Shown here piece by piece: positions 54,251 through 62,843 of a stretch of DNA of 64,000 nt. The stretch's first letter is position 1, and every line of letters begins with the position of its first letter. This DNA comes from Planctomycetota bacterium (GTDB taxonomy: Bacteria > Planctomycetota > B15-G4). The translations under genes were made by a program, and so were the position numbers. The stretch lies in assembly GCA_052387675.1 (NCBI GenBank), contig JBQTIY010000011.1:212252-276251 (forward strand), in the 5' to 3' direction. The notes beneath the pieces were generated by a model. The model ran no database searches and had not been told where the DNA came from. It was given only the letters and a program-made list of their open reading frames with translations.

Positions 54251-55096
54251 GTGGATCTCGGCCTCACCGACAAGCTTGTCTTTCTCACGGGCGCCTCGGG
54301 CGGCATCGGCCGCGCCCTGGCCGAGCGCTTCGCCGCCGAGGGAGCGCGCCTAGCGCTGCACGGCCACGCGCGCGCCGGCGAACTCGCCGCCTGGCTCGCC
54401 GCGCAGCCCTGGCGCGAGCGAGCGCGCCTCTACAGCGGCGATGTGCGCGATCCCGGCGCGATGGACGCGGCCCTGCAGAGCGCGGCGCGTGATTTCGGGC
54501 GCGTGGACGCCTGCATCGCCAATGCCGGCGCCTGGACTCCGCCCGACCGACGCCTGCACGAAGCCGACGTGGAGCGCATCCGCACGGCCATCGACATCAA
54601 TCTGCTTGGCTCGCTGTGGACCGCGCGCGCCTTCTTCGCCGCGCTGGCCCGCAGCGGCCCGCGCTCCGACGGCCACGGCGCGAGCCTGGTCTTCATCGGC
54701 TCCACCGCCGGCCGCTTCGGCGAGGCGGGGCACGCCGAGTATGCGGCCGCCAAAGCCGGCCTGCTGGGCCTCATGAGCTCACTCAAGAACGAGATCGTGA
54801 CCCTCGATCCCTTCGCGCGCGTGAATGTCGTCGAGCCGGGCTGGACCGTCACGCACATGGCGCGGCCGGCGCTGCAACAGCCGGGCGTGATCGCCAAGGC
54901 GCTGGCCACCATGCCGGTGCGCCAACTCGGCCGCGCGCAGGATGTCGCCGCAACCGTAGCCTGGCTTTGCTCGCCGCTCGCGGCGCGACACGTGAGCGGC
55001 CAAGTCCTCACCGTGGCCGGCGGCATGGAAGGCCGCCAGCTCTGGGCAGCCGCCGACATCGACGAGGAGTCCGTGCGCCGGCGCGCGACGTCCTAG
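54251..55096 (+). CDS. SDR family oxidoreductase
   Basis: GTG start. TGASGGIGRALA motif and YAAAKAG active-site motif. Confidence 0.85.
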   Translation: MDLGLTDKLVFLTGASGGIGRALAERFAAEGARLALHGHARAGELAAWLAAQPWRERARLYSGDVRDPGAMDAALQSAARDFGRVDACIANAGAWTPPDRRLHEADVERIRTAIDINLLGSLWTARAFFAALARSGPRSDGHGASLVFIGSTAGRFGEAGHAEYAAAKAGLLGLMSSLKNEIVTLDPFARVNVVEPGWTVTHMARPALQQPGVIAKALATMPVRQLGRAQDVAATVAWLCSPLAARHVSGQVLTVAGGMEGRQLWAAADIDEESVRRRATS

Positions 55097-55097
55097 T

Positions 55098-55586
55098 TCA
55101 GCGCGGCCTAGGCGCCCGGCTGATCGGGATGGCGCAGTGGCGATCATCCACTGCGACCATGGTCACGGTGGCTTCGGTCACGTGCACGGATTCGTGCGGC
55201 GGCGCGCGCCGCTCGGCCCAGACCGTGACGCGCACGGTGACCGAAGTGCGCCCTACGCGCTGCACGTCGGTGTAGAGCGAGACGAGGTCGCCGACAAAAA
55301 TCGGCTGCTTGAACTCGACCTTGTCCATGGCCACGGTCACCACGTTGCCGGGGTGCAGCTTGTGCGCCTCGATGGCCGCGGCCAAGTCGATCTCAGAGAG
55401 GATCGCGCCGCCGAAGACCGTGCCCATGAGGTTGGTGTCCTGGGGCGTGGTCACGCGGCGGAGCGTGGGCATGCGCTGGCTAGGGAAGTCCTCCTGAGGA
55501 CTCAACTCACCACCCCGCTTGGCCGATGCTGGCCCGATCCGGGACGGACTGGAGCGTGTCCGCTGACTGGCCTTCTTCGCGCTCAT
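55098..55586 (-). CDS. acyl-CoA thioesterase (hotdog fold, YciA-like)
   Basis: Sequence TTPQDTNLMGTVFGGAILSEIDLAAAI...FKQPIFVGDLV. The ATG at 55586 has GGAG upstream. Confidence 0.8.
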   Translation of the reverse strand: MSAKKASQRTRSSPSRIGPASAKRGGELSPQEDFPSQRMPTLRRVTTPQDTNLMGTVFGGAILSEIDLAAAIEAHKLHPGNVVTVAMDKVEFKQPIFVGDLVSLYTDVQRVGRTSVTVRVTVWAERRAPPHESVHVTEATVTMVAVDDRHCAIPISRAPRPR

Positions 55587-55595
55587 GAGGTCTCC

Positions 55596-56318
55596 GTGAA
55601 TCCTTTGCCGAATCATGCGGCCCTGCCAGGGGCCGCCGCAAGCGTCGAGGCGCCCTTCGCGCTCTTGCTGCGCTCCTCCCTGGAAGCGCTGCGCGCACGG
55701 CCTGGCCTGCGCGCGCGCCTCAGCAACTGGCCGGCCCTGCGCAGTGACGCGCGGCAGCGCTGGGAGCACCTTTGTGAGGCGCGGCGCTTTGCCCAGGAGT
55801 ACGCCGACGACGCACTGAGCTGGCTCTTGCCGCACGTCAACAGCCCGGCTGTGCAGGCGCGGGACGGCTTCGTGCATCCCGAGGCCGACCCGCGCGGCGA
55901 TCCGCTAGGACGGCTGATCTGCGGCGGCTGGCTGCGGCCCGGCGAAGAGCCGCTGCTGGGACGCGCGCTCGTGGAGTTTGTGCGCAAGGCGCTCGATGAG
56001 CCGGCCGGTCTGTGGCCGGCCTGCGATGCACTCGCGGCGGCGCCCGGCGGCCGCGGCCTGAACGCCGCACTCGTCTCGCCGATCCTGCACGCTCTGCAGC
56101 CTGATCGCTTCGTGCTCGGCAGCGCCTCGCTGCGCGGGCTGCTCTCTGCGCTGGAGGGCAGCGACTTCGGGCCCACGCTCGACGACTACCCCGCCTGCAA
56201 CGCGGCCGCGCAGCGCCTGCTCTTGGCCAATGCGGCGCTCATGCGCGTCGAGCCGTACAGCGATCACCATCCCAGTGATCTGCTCGATGCCATGGCGGAG
56301 TGGGCGCTGTCACCCTGA
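55596..56318 (+). CDS. hypothetical protein, start uncertain
   Basis: This is the part of the 393-aa track ORF not explained as antisense of the thioesterase gene. No family recognised. Confidence 0.3.
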   Translation: MNPLPNHAALPGAAASVEAPFALLLRSSLEALRARPGLRARLSNWPALRSDARQRWEHLCEARRFAQEYADDALSWLLPHVNSPAVQARDGFVHPEADPRGDPLGRLICGGWLRPGEEPLLGRALVEFVRKALDEPAGLWPACDALAAAPGGRGLNAALVSPILHALQPDRFVLGSASLRGLLSALEGSDFGPTLDDYPACNAAAQRLLLANAALMRVEPYSDHHPSDLLDAMAEWALSP

Positions 56319-56392
56319 CGAGACCGCGGCCCGGCGCGGCACCAGCCCTTGACCGCGCGAAAGCTGCTGCAGGCTCTGTTATCGTGGCCGCG

Positions 56393-56929
56393 ATGGCACC
56401 CCTCACCGCCCGGCAGATCGGCGGCGCCCTGCTGCGCGACGCAACGCCCGCTGACGCCGCCGCGCTGGCCGCGATCTACAACCACTACATCCTGCACACA
56501 GTGGTCACCTTCGAGGAGCAGGTCATCGACGCGGCCGAAATGGCTCGCCGACTCGCCGCGGTCATGGCTCAGCACCCCTGGCTCGTGCTGGAGGCCGACG
56601 GCGAACTGCTCGGCTACGCCTATGCCGGCACGTGGAAGCCGCGCTCGGCCTATCGCTTCACGGTCGAGACGACGGTCTATCTCGCAGCGCAGGCCGTGGG
56701 CGCGGGCCTCGGCTCACGGCTCTACGAGGCGCTTCTGCTCGAACTGCGCCGACGCGGCCTGCACGTCGCCATCGGCGGCATCACGCTGCCCAATGCGGCC
56801 AGCGTCGCGCTGCACGAGAAGTTTGGCTTTCGCAAAGTGGCCCACTTCAGCGAGCAAGGCTGGAAGTTCGGCCAGTGGCTCGACGTGGGCTACTGGCAGC
56901 TCACTCTGAGCAAAGGCCCGCCGGCCTAA
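56393..56929 (+). CDS. GNAT family N-acetyltransferase (phosphinothricin-acetyltransferase-like)
   Basis: Sequence ...IYNHYILHTVVTFEE...GYAYAGTWKPRSAYRFTVETTVYL...GLGSRLY... Confidence 0.85.
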   Translation: MAPLTARQIGGALLRDATPADAAALAAIYNHYILHTVVTFEEQVIDAAEMARRLAAVMAQHPWLVLEADGELLGYAYAGTWKPRSAYRFTVETTVYLAAQAVGAGLGSRLYEALLLELRRRGLHVAIGGITLPNAASVALHEKFGFRKVAHFSEQGWKFGQWLDVGYWQLTLSKGPPA

Positions 56930-57309
56930 GGCTCTTCGGCCAAGCCGCGCTGCTCGCCCACTGCGGCGAGCAAACCGGCGCCGTCGAAGAGCAGCATGAG
57001 CAGGTCGCTGCGCTGCGAGCCAATGCTGCGCTCATAGATCGGCAGCAGCGGCACGAGCAGCAGGCGCGAGCCGCGCAGCTCGTCCTGCCGGTAGAGAAAG
57101 ATCTCGCCGTCGGTTTGGCGGCGCACGGAAACGGGCGGACCGAGCAGGGCCAGCGCTTCGGCCTTCGTGGTGCGCCCTACAACAAGCCCCACGGAGGTGG
57201 GCACGTCGCGGCCGCTCGTTTGGTGTGTGAGGTAACAGGCCGGCAGCGACGCCGCGAGCAGCACGGCCAACGCCAAGCACTGGGTCCGCCACCGCGCACG
57301 TGCTGTCAT
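56926..57309 (-). CDS. BamE/SmpA_OmlA-like lipoprotein paralog 5 of 5 (127 aa)
   Basis: Lipobox SLPAC. Motif GRTTKAEALALLGPP. ATGA overlap with the upstream paralog. Confidence 0.65.
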   Translation of the reverse strand: MTARARWRTQCLALAVLLAASLPACYLTHQTSGRDVPTSVGLVVGRTTKAEALALLGPPVSVRRQTDGEIFLYRQDELRGSRLLLVPLLPIYERSIGSQRSDLLMLLFDGAGLLAAVGEQRGLAEEP

Positions 57310-57737
57310 CGGCTCACCGCCTCTTGCGCAGCAGAGCCCGACGCGCCGGCAGCCGAAGCTGGCGGCGCCGGCGCATCAAGCAGCCGCCCCTGCCGGTCGA
57401 AGCGCAGGAGCAGCAGGCCGTCGGTTTGCCGGCCGCGCACATCGAGATAGATCGGGAAGCGCGGCAAGCCCACCAGGCCGCTGTGCACGTTGAGGATGTC
57501 CAACGCGGTGTGCCGCAGGCGGTAGACGAAGAGTTCGCCGTCGGCCAGGGCCACGATCTCCTGCGGCGCCCCGAGCTGCGTCAGGACTTCGCGCTTGGTG
57601 CCGAGTTGCGGCGCTGTCGCGAGGAGCGACTCGATCTCGGCCGGGTCCTGGCCTGCATCAAAGCGCGTCTGCGAGTAGAGCGCCGCTCCGCAGCCAGGCA
57701 GGAGCAGCGCGGCCCCGAGCACCAGCGCCGCCTTCAC
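57306..57737 (-). CDS. BamE/SmpA_OmlA-like lipoprotein paralog 4 of 5 (143 aa)
   Basis: Lipobox LLPGC. Motif GTKREVLTQLGAP. GTGA overlap with the upstream paralog. Confidence 0.65.
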   Translation of the reverse strand: MKAALVLGAALLLPGCGAALYSQTRFDAGQDPAEIESLLATAPQLGTKREVLTQLGAPQEIVALADGELFVYRLRHTALDILNVHSGLVGLPRFPIYLDVRGRQTDGLLLLRFDRQGRLLDAPAPPASAAGASGSAAQEAVSR

Positions 57738-58171
57738 GAGGCGTCGTCCCGGAAGGCGAAGTGGCGCACGCGGCCGTCCTCTTCGAAGAAGATCGTGAGC
57801 GTGCGGCTCTCGATCTCGGCATCCACCCAGAGGAAGAGCACCGGAAAGAAGTAGACGTTGGCGGCGATGCGCACGTGCTGCCAGGTCAGGGCGTGGTCGT
57901 CGAGCTGAGCGGGCAGTGCGCCGGCGCCGAGCGGTGTGCCGGTGCGCGTGACGATGGCGCGCAGATCCGTGGCGTAGACGCCGGTCGGCGGGCCGAGGCT
58001 CGCCAGCAGTTCCGCGCGCGTGCTGGTGCCCGGCACGATGGCCGCCACTTGCTCGGCCGTCAGGCGCACGCCGGCCTCATCCCGCAGCACGACGCAGCCA
58101 GCCGGCAGCAGCAGCAGCGCGAGCAGCAGCAGACGCGCAAGCACCAGAAGGCGCGGCAGGGCGGCGCTCAT
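57734..58171 (-). CDS. BamE/SmpA_OmlA-like lipoprotein paralog 3 of 5 (145 aa)
   Basis: Lipobox LPAGC. Motif GTSTRAELLASLGPP. ATGA overlap with the upstream paralog. Confidence 0.65.
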   Translation of the reverse strand: MSAALPRLLVLARLLLLALLLLPAGCVVLRDEAGVRLTAEQVAAIVPGTSTRAELLASLGPPTGVYATDLRAIVTRTGTPLGAGALPAQLDDHALTWQHVRIAANVYFFPVLFLWVDAEIESRTLTIFFEEDGRVRHFAFRDDAS

Positions 58172-58638
58172 CGCGACTCTCGCAGCGACTGGCTCGTCGT
58201 GACTTCACGGACCACGTCGAAGGCATCGAAGAAAATCACCACGCGCTCGCTGCGCGTGTCCACCGTGACGACGTTGAGCAAGAGCAGGATGGTGCCGCGC
58301 GCCTGCAAGTCATCGCGCTGCCAGGTGAGCACATTCTCGGCGCGATGGGCGAAGGAGAGTGCGCCGGCGATGCGCAGCTCGTCGTCGGACATGGCCGCAA
58401 CGGCTTCGGGACGCCGGTGCTCGTCGGGCGGGCCCAGCAGGGCCAGCACTTCGGCCTTGGTCGTGCGGCCCGGCACGATGCGCCCCAGATCCGCGGCCGG
58501 CAGGTGCGGGCCGATGCTGCCCGAGCCGCCCACGAAAAGGCAGCCCGGCACGAGCGCCAGGGCGACTAGGCACACGACGAGCACGCCGGCCGGTGGACAA
58601 GAGCGCGCCGGCGGGCGGCTGCGAGTCGGCGCGCTCAT
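58168..58638 (-). CDS. BamE/SmpA_OmlA-like lipoprotein paralog 2 of 5 (156 aa)
   Basis: Lipobox LVPGC. Motif GRTTKAEVLALLGPP. The ATG at 58638 forms an ATGA overlap with the upstream stop. Confidence 0.65.
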   Translation of the reverse strand: MSAPTRSRPPARSCPPAGVLVVCLVALALVPGCLFVGGSGSIGPHLPAADLGRIVPGRTTKAEVLALLGPPDEHRRPEAVAAMSDDELRIAGALSFAHRAENVLTWQRDDLQARGTILLLLNVVTVDTRSERVVIFFDAFDVVREVTTSQSLRESR

Positions 58639-59057
58639 TCCTCGCCCTGCCACGACCAGCTCAGCAGGCGGCCCTGCCCATCGAAGAAGGCCACCAGCCG
58701 GTCGCCGCTGGACTCCACGCGCGAATGCGAGAAGAGCGTCAGGACGGGCAGAAACTCAAAGCGCCTCTCCACGCGCGTGTCGTGCGCCCAGGTGTGGACG
58801 CGCCGGCCGAGCAGCTCGCGCTCGTCGAGCACGCGGAGCGCCACCGGGTCCTGAGCCCGCAGCGCGGCCAGCGGCACAGGCCGCGCCTCATCGTCCGGTG
58901 GACCAAGCAGCGCACAGACCTGAGCGTAGTCGTGCACACCCGGCTGCAACGCAGCCAGCGCAGCCTCGTCAGGCAAGGGCTCGCCAAAGCGCACCGTGAG
59001 CACCGTGCAGCCCGAAAGCAGCAACGCCAGCCCAGCCGCCAGCACACGAGTTCTCAT
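58635..59057 (-). CDS. BamE/SmpA_OmlA-like lipoprotein paralog 1 of 5 (140 aa)
   Basis: Lipobox LLSGC. Motif VHDYAQVCALLGPPD. C-terminal FFDGQGRLL as in the other paralogs. Confidence 0.6.
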   Translation of the reverse strand: MRTRVLAAGLALLLSGCTVLTVRFGEPLPDEAALAALQPGVHDYAQVCALLGPPDDEARPVPLAALRAQDPVALRVLDERELLGRRVHTWAHDTRVERRFEFLPVLTLFSHSRVESSGDRLVAFFDGQGRLLSWSWQGEE

Positions 59058-59110
59058 CGCGGCGATGATAACTGCTGGAGGGTCCCGGGCCGGCGTGTTA
59101 CGACTCCGCG

Positions 59111-59860
59111 ATGCAAGACCGGCCCACGCGCACCAGCGGCTTCTCGCGCCGCGACGTGGTCTTCGCCGTCCTGGGCGCCTTCTTCCTCACGAACGCGATC
59201 ACCGCCGAAATGGTCGGCGGCAAGATCATCCACGTGGCGCCCGAGGGCTTCACCATCTGGGGCGCGCGGCCGGCCGCCACCGTGGGCGTCTTCCTCTGGC
59301 CCTTCGTCTTCGTGACCACCGACCTGGTCAACGAGTACTTCGGCACGCGCGGCGTGCGGCGGCTGACGCTGCTCACCGTGGGCATGATCGTTTACGTCTT
59401 CATTCTGCTGCAGCTCGCGCGCATGGTGCCCTCGGCCGGCTTCCCGAACACGGTCGACGACGCCTCCTTCAATCGCGTCTTCGGGCAGAGCCAGTGGATC
59501 ATCGTCGGCTCGCTGGCGGCCTTCCTGGTGAGCCAGCTCGTGGACGTCTTCGTCTTCCAGAAGCTGCGCCGCGCAACCGGCGCGCGCCTGCTCTGGCTGC
59601 GCGCCACGGGTTCCACGGTGATCAGCCAAGTGCTGGACAGCGTCATCGTGCTCTGGATCGGCTTGGCCATCCCGCTCGGCTGGAACGTGCACCAGTTCGC
59701 GCAAGTCGCCGCGCCGAACTACCTCATCAAGCTGGTAGAGGCGCTGGCCATGACGCCGGTGATCTACTTCATGCACTGGCTGGTCGAGAAGTACCTCGGC
59801 CGCGCACAGGCCGAAGAACTTGCCGAGCAGGCCGCGCGCAGCTCGCGCTCAGCCGTCTAG
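59111..59860 (+). CDS. yhhQ: queuosine precursor transporter (VUT/DUF165 family)
   Basis: Sequence ...WPFVFVTTDLVNEYFGTRG... and ...RATGSTVISQVLDSVIV... are typical of YhhQ. Confidence 0.8.
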   Translation: MQDRPTRTSGFSRRDVVFAVLGAFFLTNAITAEMVGGKIIHVAPEGFTIWGARPAATVGVFLWPFVFVTTDLVNEYFGTRGVRRLTLLTVGMIVYVFILLQLARMVPSAGFPNTVDDASFNRVFGQSQWIIVGSLAAFLVSQLVDVFVFQKLRRATGARLLWLRATGSTVISQVLDSVIVLWIGLAIPLGWNVHQFAQVAAPNYLIKLVEALAMTPVIYFMHWLVEKYLGRAQAEELAEQAARSSRSAV

Positions 59861-59896
59861 CCGCGATCAGCCGCCGCGATCAGTCCCGAGGCGCCG

Positions 59897-60832
59897 TCAG
59901 TTCTCGAGCCGCGCCCAGACCTCGGCCGGCACGTCGAGGTCGGCGGCGAGCAGGTTTTCCTGCAACTGCTCCACGCGCGTCACGCCCACGATGGCTGAGG
60001 AGATCTCCGGCCGGCGCAGCACCCAAGCCAGCGCCAGTTGCGCAGTGCTACAGCCCAACTCGGCCGCCACGCCCGAGAGACGCGCAACACGCGCGTGGTT
60101 TTCCGGCGTGAGCATCGGCTGCAGAAACTTGCCGCGCGCCTCGTCGGCGCCGCGACTGCCGGCCGGCGGCCGCCCGCCGCGATACTTGCCGGTGAGCAGC
60201 CCCTGCGCGAGCGGACTCCACACGACCTGACTGAGACCCAGGGCCGCGCAGGCCGGCAGAATCTCCTGCTCGATGCCGCGCTGCAGAAAGCTGTACTCAG
60301 GCTGATTGCTGATCGGCCGGTAGGCGCCGAAGTGGTCGGCCCGCTCGCAGGCCGCGCGGATCTGCTCGGCGGTCCACACCGACACGCCCCAGTAGAGCAC
60401 CTTGCCCTGTCGTACGAGATCGTCGAGCGCGCGCACGGTCTCCTCGATGGGCGTTTCGGGATCCGGCCGGTGGCACTGGTACAGATCCAAATAGTCCGTG
60501 CCGAGCCGGCGCAGCGAGGCATGGCAGCTCTCGACGAGGTGTTTGCGCGAGAGCCCGCGGTCGTTGACGTTCTCGGTCATGGGCCAAAAGGCCTTGCTGG
60601 CCAGCACCAGATCTTGGCGGCGCAGCGGCGCCAGCGCCTTGCCCAGCGCCGTTTCGGCGGCGCCGCGCGCGTAGATGTCGGCCGTGTCGAAGAAGTTCAC
60701 GCCGGCCTCGAAGGCCGCGCGCACGCAGGCCTCCGCCGTGGCCTGCTCCACCGAGCTGCCGAAGGTCAGCCAGCTCCCCAAGCCGATCGTGGAGACCTTG
60801 CAACCCGAGACACCAAGAGGTCGATAGCGCAT
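59897..60832 (-). CDS. aldo/keto reductase (Kv-beta/YajO-like)
   Basis: ATG at 60832. Sequence MRYRPLGVSGCKVSTIGLGSW...FFDTADIYARGAAE...LDLYQCHRPD. Confidence 0.9.
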   Translation of the reverse strand: MRYRPLGVSGCKVSTIGLGSWLTFGSSVEQATAEACVRAAFEAGVNFFDTADIYARGAAETALGKALAPLRRQDLVLASKAFWPMTENVNDRGLSRKHLVESCHASLRRLGTDYLDLYQCHRPDPETPIEETVRALDDLVRQGKVLYWGVSVWTAEQIRAACERADHFGAYRPISNQPEYSFLQRGIEQEILPACAALGLSQVVWSPLAQGLLTGKYRGGRPPAGSRGADEARGKFLQPMLTPENHARVARLSGVAAELGCSTAQLALAWVLRRPEISSAIVGVTRVEQLQENLLAADLDVPAEVWARLEN

Positions 60833-60914
60833 GGCCGCATTGTAGGCCGCGCATCGCCAAGACCAGCAAGTCTCAGACGACGCTAAGGACCGCGCGGAGT
60901 GCTCTGCGCCGAGA

Positions 60915-62786
60915 TCAGGCTTGCTCGACAGAGCTGGCCAGCGCCTCGAGCGTGGCCACGCGCCGCGCCCGCAGCACGGCCGCGCGACCGCCCTGCTGCG
61001 CCGCATGGCACACGGCCTCGAGGCGACCCGGCTGATAGAGCCCGCGCGTGCGCAGCGTGGCCGCGTCGAGGGTGAAGGCCGGCTGCGGGGAACTCTCGGC
61101 CGCAGGACGCAGCCGCGCCGCAACCCGCCGAGCGAGATCGGGCAGCAGCGGCAGAAAGCGCAGCGCATTGCTGGGCCGCAGCGGCAGGGCCGGCGCGCCA
61201 TTGGCCATCGGCAGTGCTGCGAGAGCCGGGTGCAGTCGCTCAATGAGCCGGCGCGCCAAGCCGTCGTGCCGCCGCAGCGCGACGGGAGCCGCGAGCGCAG
61301 TCTCCAGCGGCGCGCGAAACAGAAAGGGCGAGTAACAGGGCCACAGCCGATCCGTGGAACTCGCCAGCCGCCCCGCCCAGCGCTGCATGCGCAGGCGCAG
61401 ATAGACCGCGTCGGCCTGCGCCGTGCCCGGCAGATCGCCGAGCGCCTGCAGTGTGCGCGCGACGACGCCTGCAAAGTGTTCAGCGAGCGGCGGCAGCGCG
61501 CCGCCGTCCGCGCCGCGGAGGGCGCCGTCCACCCAAGGGTCCGTGGCGAAGCGCAGCAAGGCCGCGCGGCGTGGGTCGAGGCGCTCGCGCGGCGAACGCC
61601 CGCCCCGCGGCAACAGATCCCACCAGTAGCCGCGGCAGAGTTCCCCCACCGTGCCGTTGACCGTGGCCTGGCCGCCGGCCTCCGCCATCTGGCGATGCAC
61701 GGCCGCGATCGCGGCGTACTCGTGAAGTTCGCACTCGCCGTCGGTCAGGCGCAGCGCGCGATCCAGCTCGGCCGCCTGAGCGGCCGGCGCACGCCGCACC
61801 TGCGTGTGCGCGAGATGCAGCGCCTGCGCAATGCGATTGGCCGCCACGACATCGGCCTCGTGATCTTCGCCCACAACCACAGTGCGCAGCGGCCGGCCAC
61901 TCGCCGGGCCGGCAGCAGCCAGGCCGGCGTTCGCCAGGCCGGCGGCCACGACGCCGCGAGAATCGAAGCCGCCGGTGAGATCGAGCACGGCCTGCGGATG
62001 GAGGCTGAGCACGGCCCCGACGCTCAGCCGCAGCGCCTCGGCCAAGGCCTCAACCGGTTCCCGCGGCGGCGGTGCCGCCAAGGCCGCGGCCAGATCCCAC
62101 CACGGTGAGCAGCTCTGGAGTTGCCCCTCGCGGAAACGCAGCAGTGAAGCCGGCGGCAGCTTCTCGACCCCCTGCAGCAAGGAGCGCCCTTCGAAGACCG
62201 AGCCCGTTCCCAGAAACTCGGCCGCTGCGAGCGGATCCAGCGGCGCCTGCACCAGCGCGCCGAGCAGCAGCGCGGAGGTCCCGAGCAGGACGCAGCCCTG
62301 CGACTGCGCGCGGTAAACGTGCAGCATGCCGTTGCGATCGGTGAGCAGCGCGGTCTCGCCGCGGGCTGGGTCCACGGCAGCCAAGGCGAAGAAGCCGTCG
62401 AGCGCGGGGGCCAGCGCCAGAAAGCGCGCGTCGCCTTCACGCAGCGCCGCCCCGATCCGGCGCAGAGCTTCGCCGCTCGCTTGCGGCGCGCGCTCGGCAT
62501 TGGCCGCCGAGCCGGACACACCCGGCTCGACCGCGCCGTGCAAGAGCCAGGCCCCGGCGGACACGGTGAGCGCGCGTGGGCTGGGCGGCAGCCCCGCGGG
62601 AGCACCGCGCACGAGACTCGCGCCATCGCCGAGAGCGCGGCCGAAGGCCAGCACGGCCGTGCCGCCGTCGAGCAGAGACTCGGAGGGCGGCTGCACCAGG
62701 AAGCGCGGCGCCAGCGAGAGCGCGCGCTGGAAAAGCTCAGCCACCCTCGCGGGTTGCTGTCCCTGCACGATCAGCCACTGTCCCAT
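60915..62786 (-). CDS. asparagine synthase-related protein (PP-loop ATP pyrophosphatase domain; no N-terminal Cys nucleophile)
   Basis: LDLTGGFDSRGV (SGGxDS-type PP-loop). The N-terminus MGQWLIV lacks the Cys2 of class II amidotransferases. Confidence 0.7.
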   Translation of the reverse strand: MGQWLIVQGQQPARVAELFQRALSLAPRFLVQPPSESLLDGGTAVLAFGRALGDGASLVRGAPAGLPPSPRALTVSAGAWLLHGAVEPGVSGSAANAERAPQASGEALRRIGAALREGDARFLALAPALDGFFALAAVDPARGETALLTDRNGMLHVYRAQSQGCVLLGTSALLLGALVQAPLDPLAAAEFLGTGSVFEGRSLLQGVEKLPPASLLRFREGQLQSCSPWWDLAAALAAPPPREPVEALAEALRLSVGAVLSLHPQAVLDLTGGFDSRGVVAAGLANAGLAAAGPASGRPLRTVVVGEDHEADVVAANRIAQALHLAHTQVRRAPAAQAAELDRALRLTDGECELHEYAAIAAVHRQMAEAGGQATVNGTVGELCRGYWWDLLPRGGRSPRERLDPRRAALLRFATDPWVDGALRGADGGALPPLAEHFAGVVARTLQALGDLPGTAQADAVYLRLRMQRWAGRLASSTDRLWPCYSPFLFRAPLETALAAPVALRRHDGLARRLIERLHPALAALPMANGAPALPLRPSNALRFLPLLPDLARRVAARLRPAAESSPQPAFTLDAATLRTRGLYQPGRLEAVCHAAQQGGRAAVLRARRVATLEALASSVEQA

Positions 62787-62843
62787 CGAGCGCTCCCGTG
62801 TCGGCACTCCAGACTAGCAGGCGCGCTTCCGTATACTCGGCGC

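Noticed and set aside
60832-62843. Lasso-peptide-type cluster around the AsnB-like gene
   Set aside because: No transglutaminase-like protease, PqqD-like RRE or short precursor ORF is present in the 57-bp and 82-bp flanking spacers.
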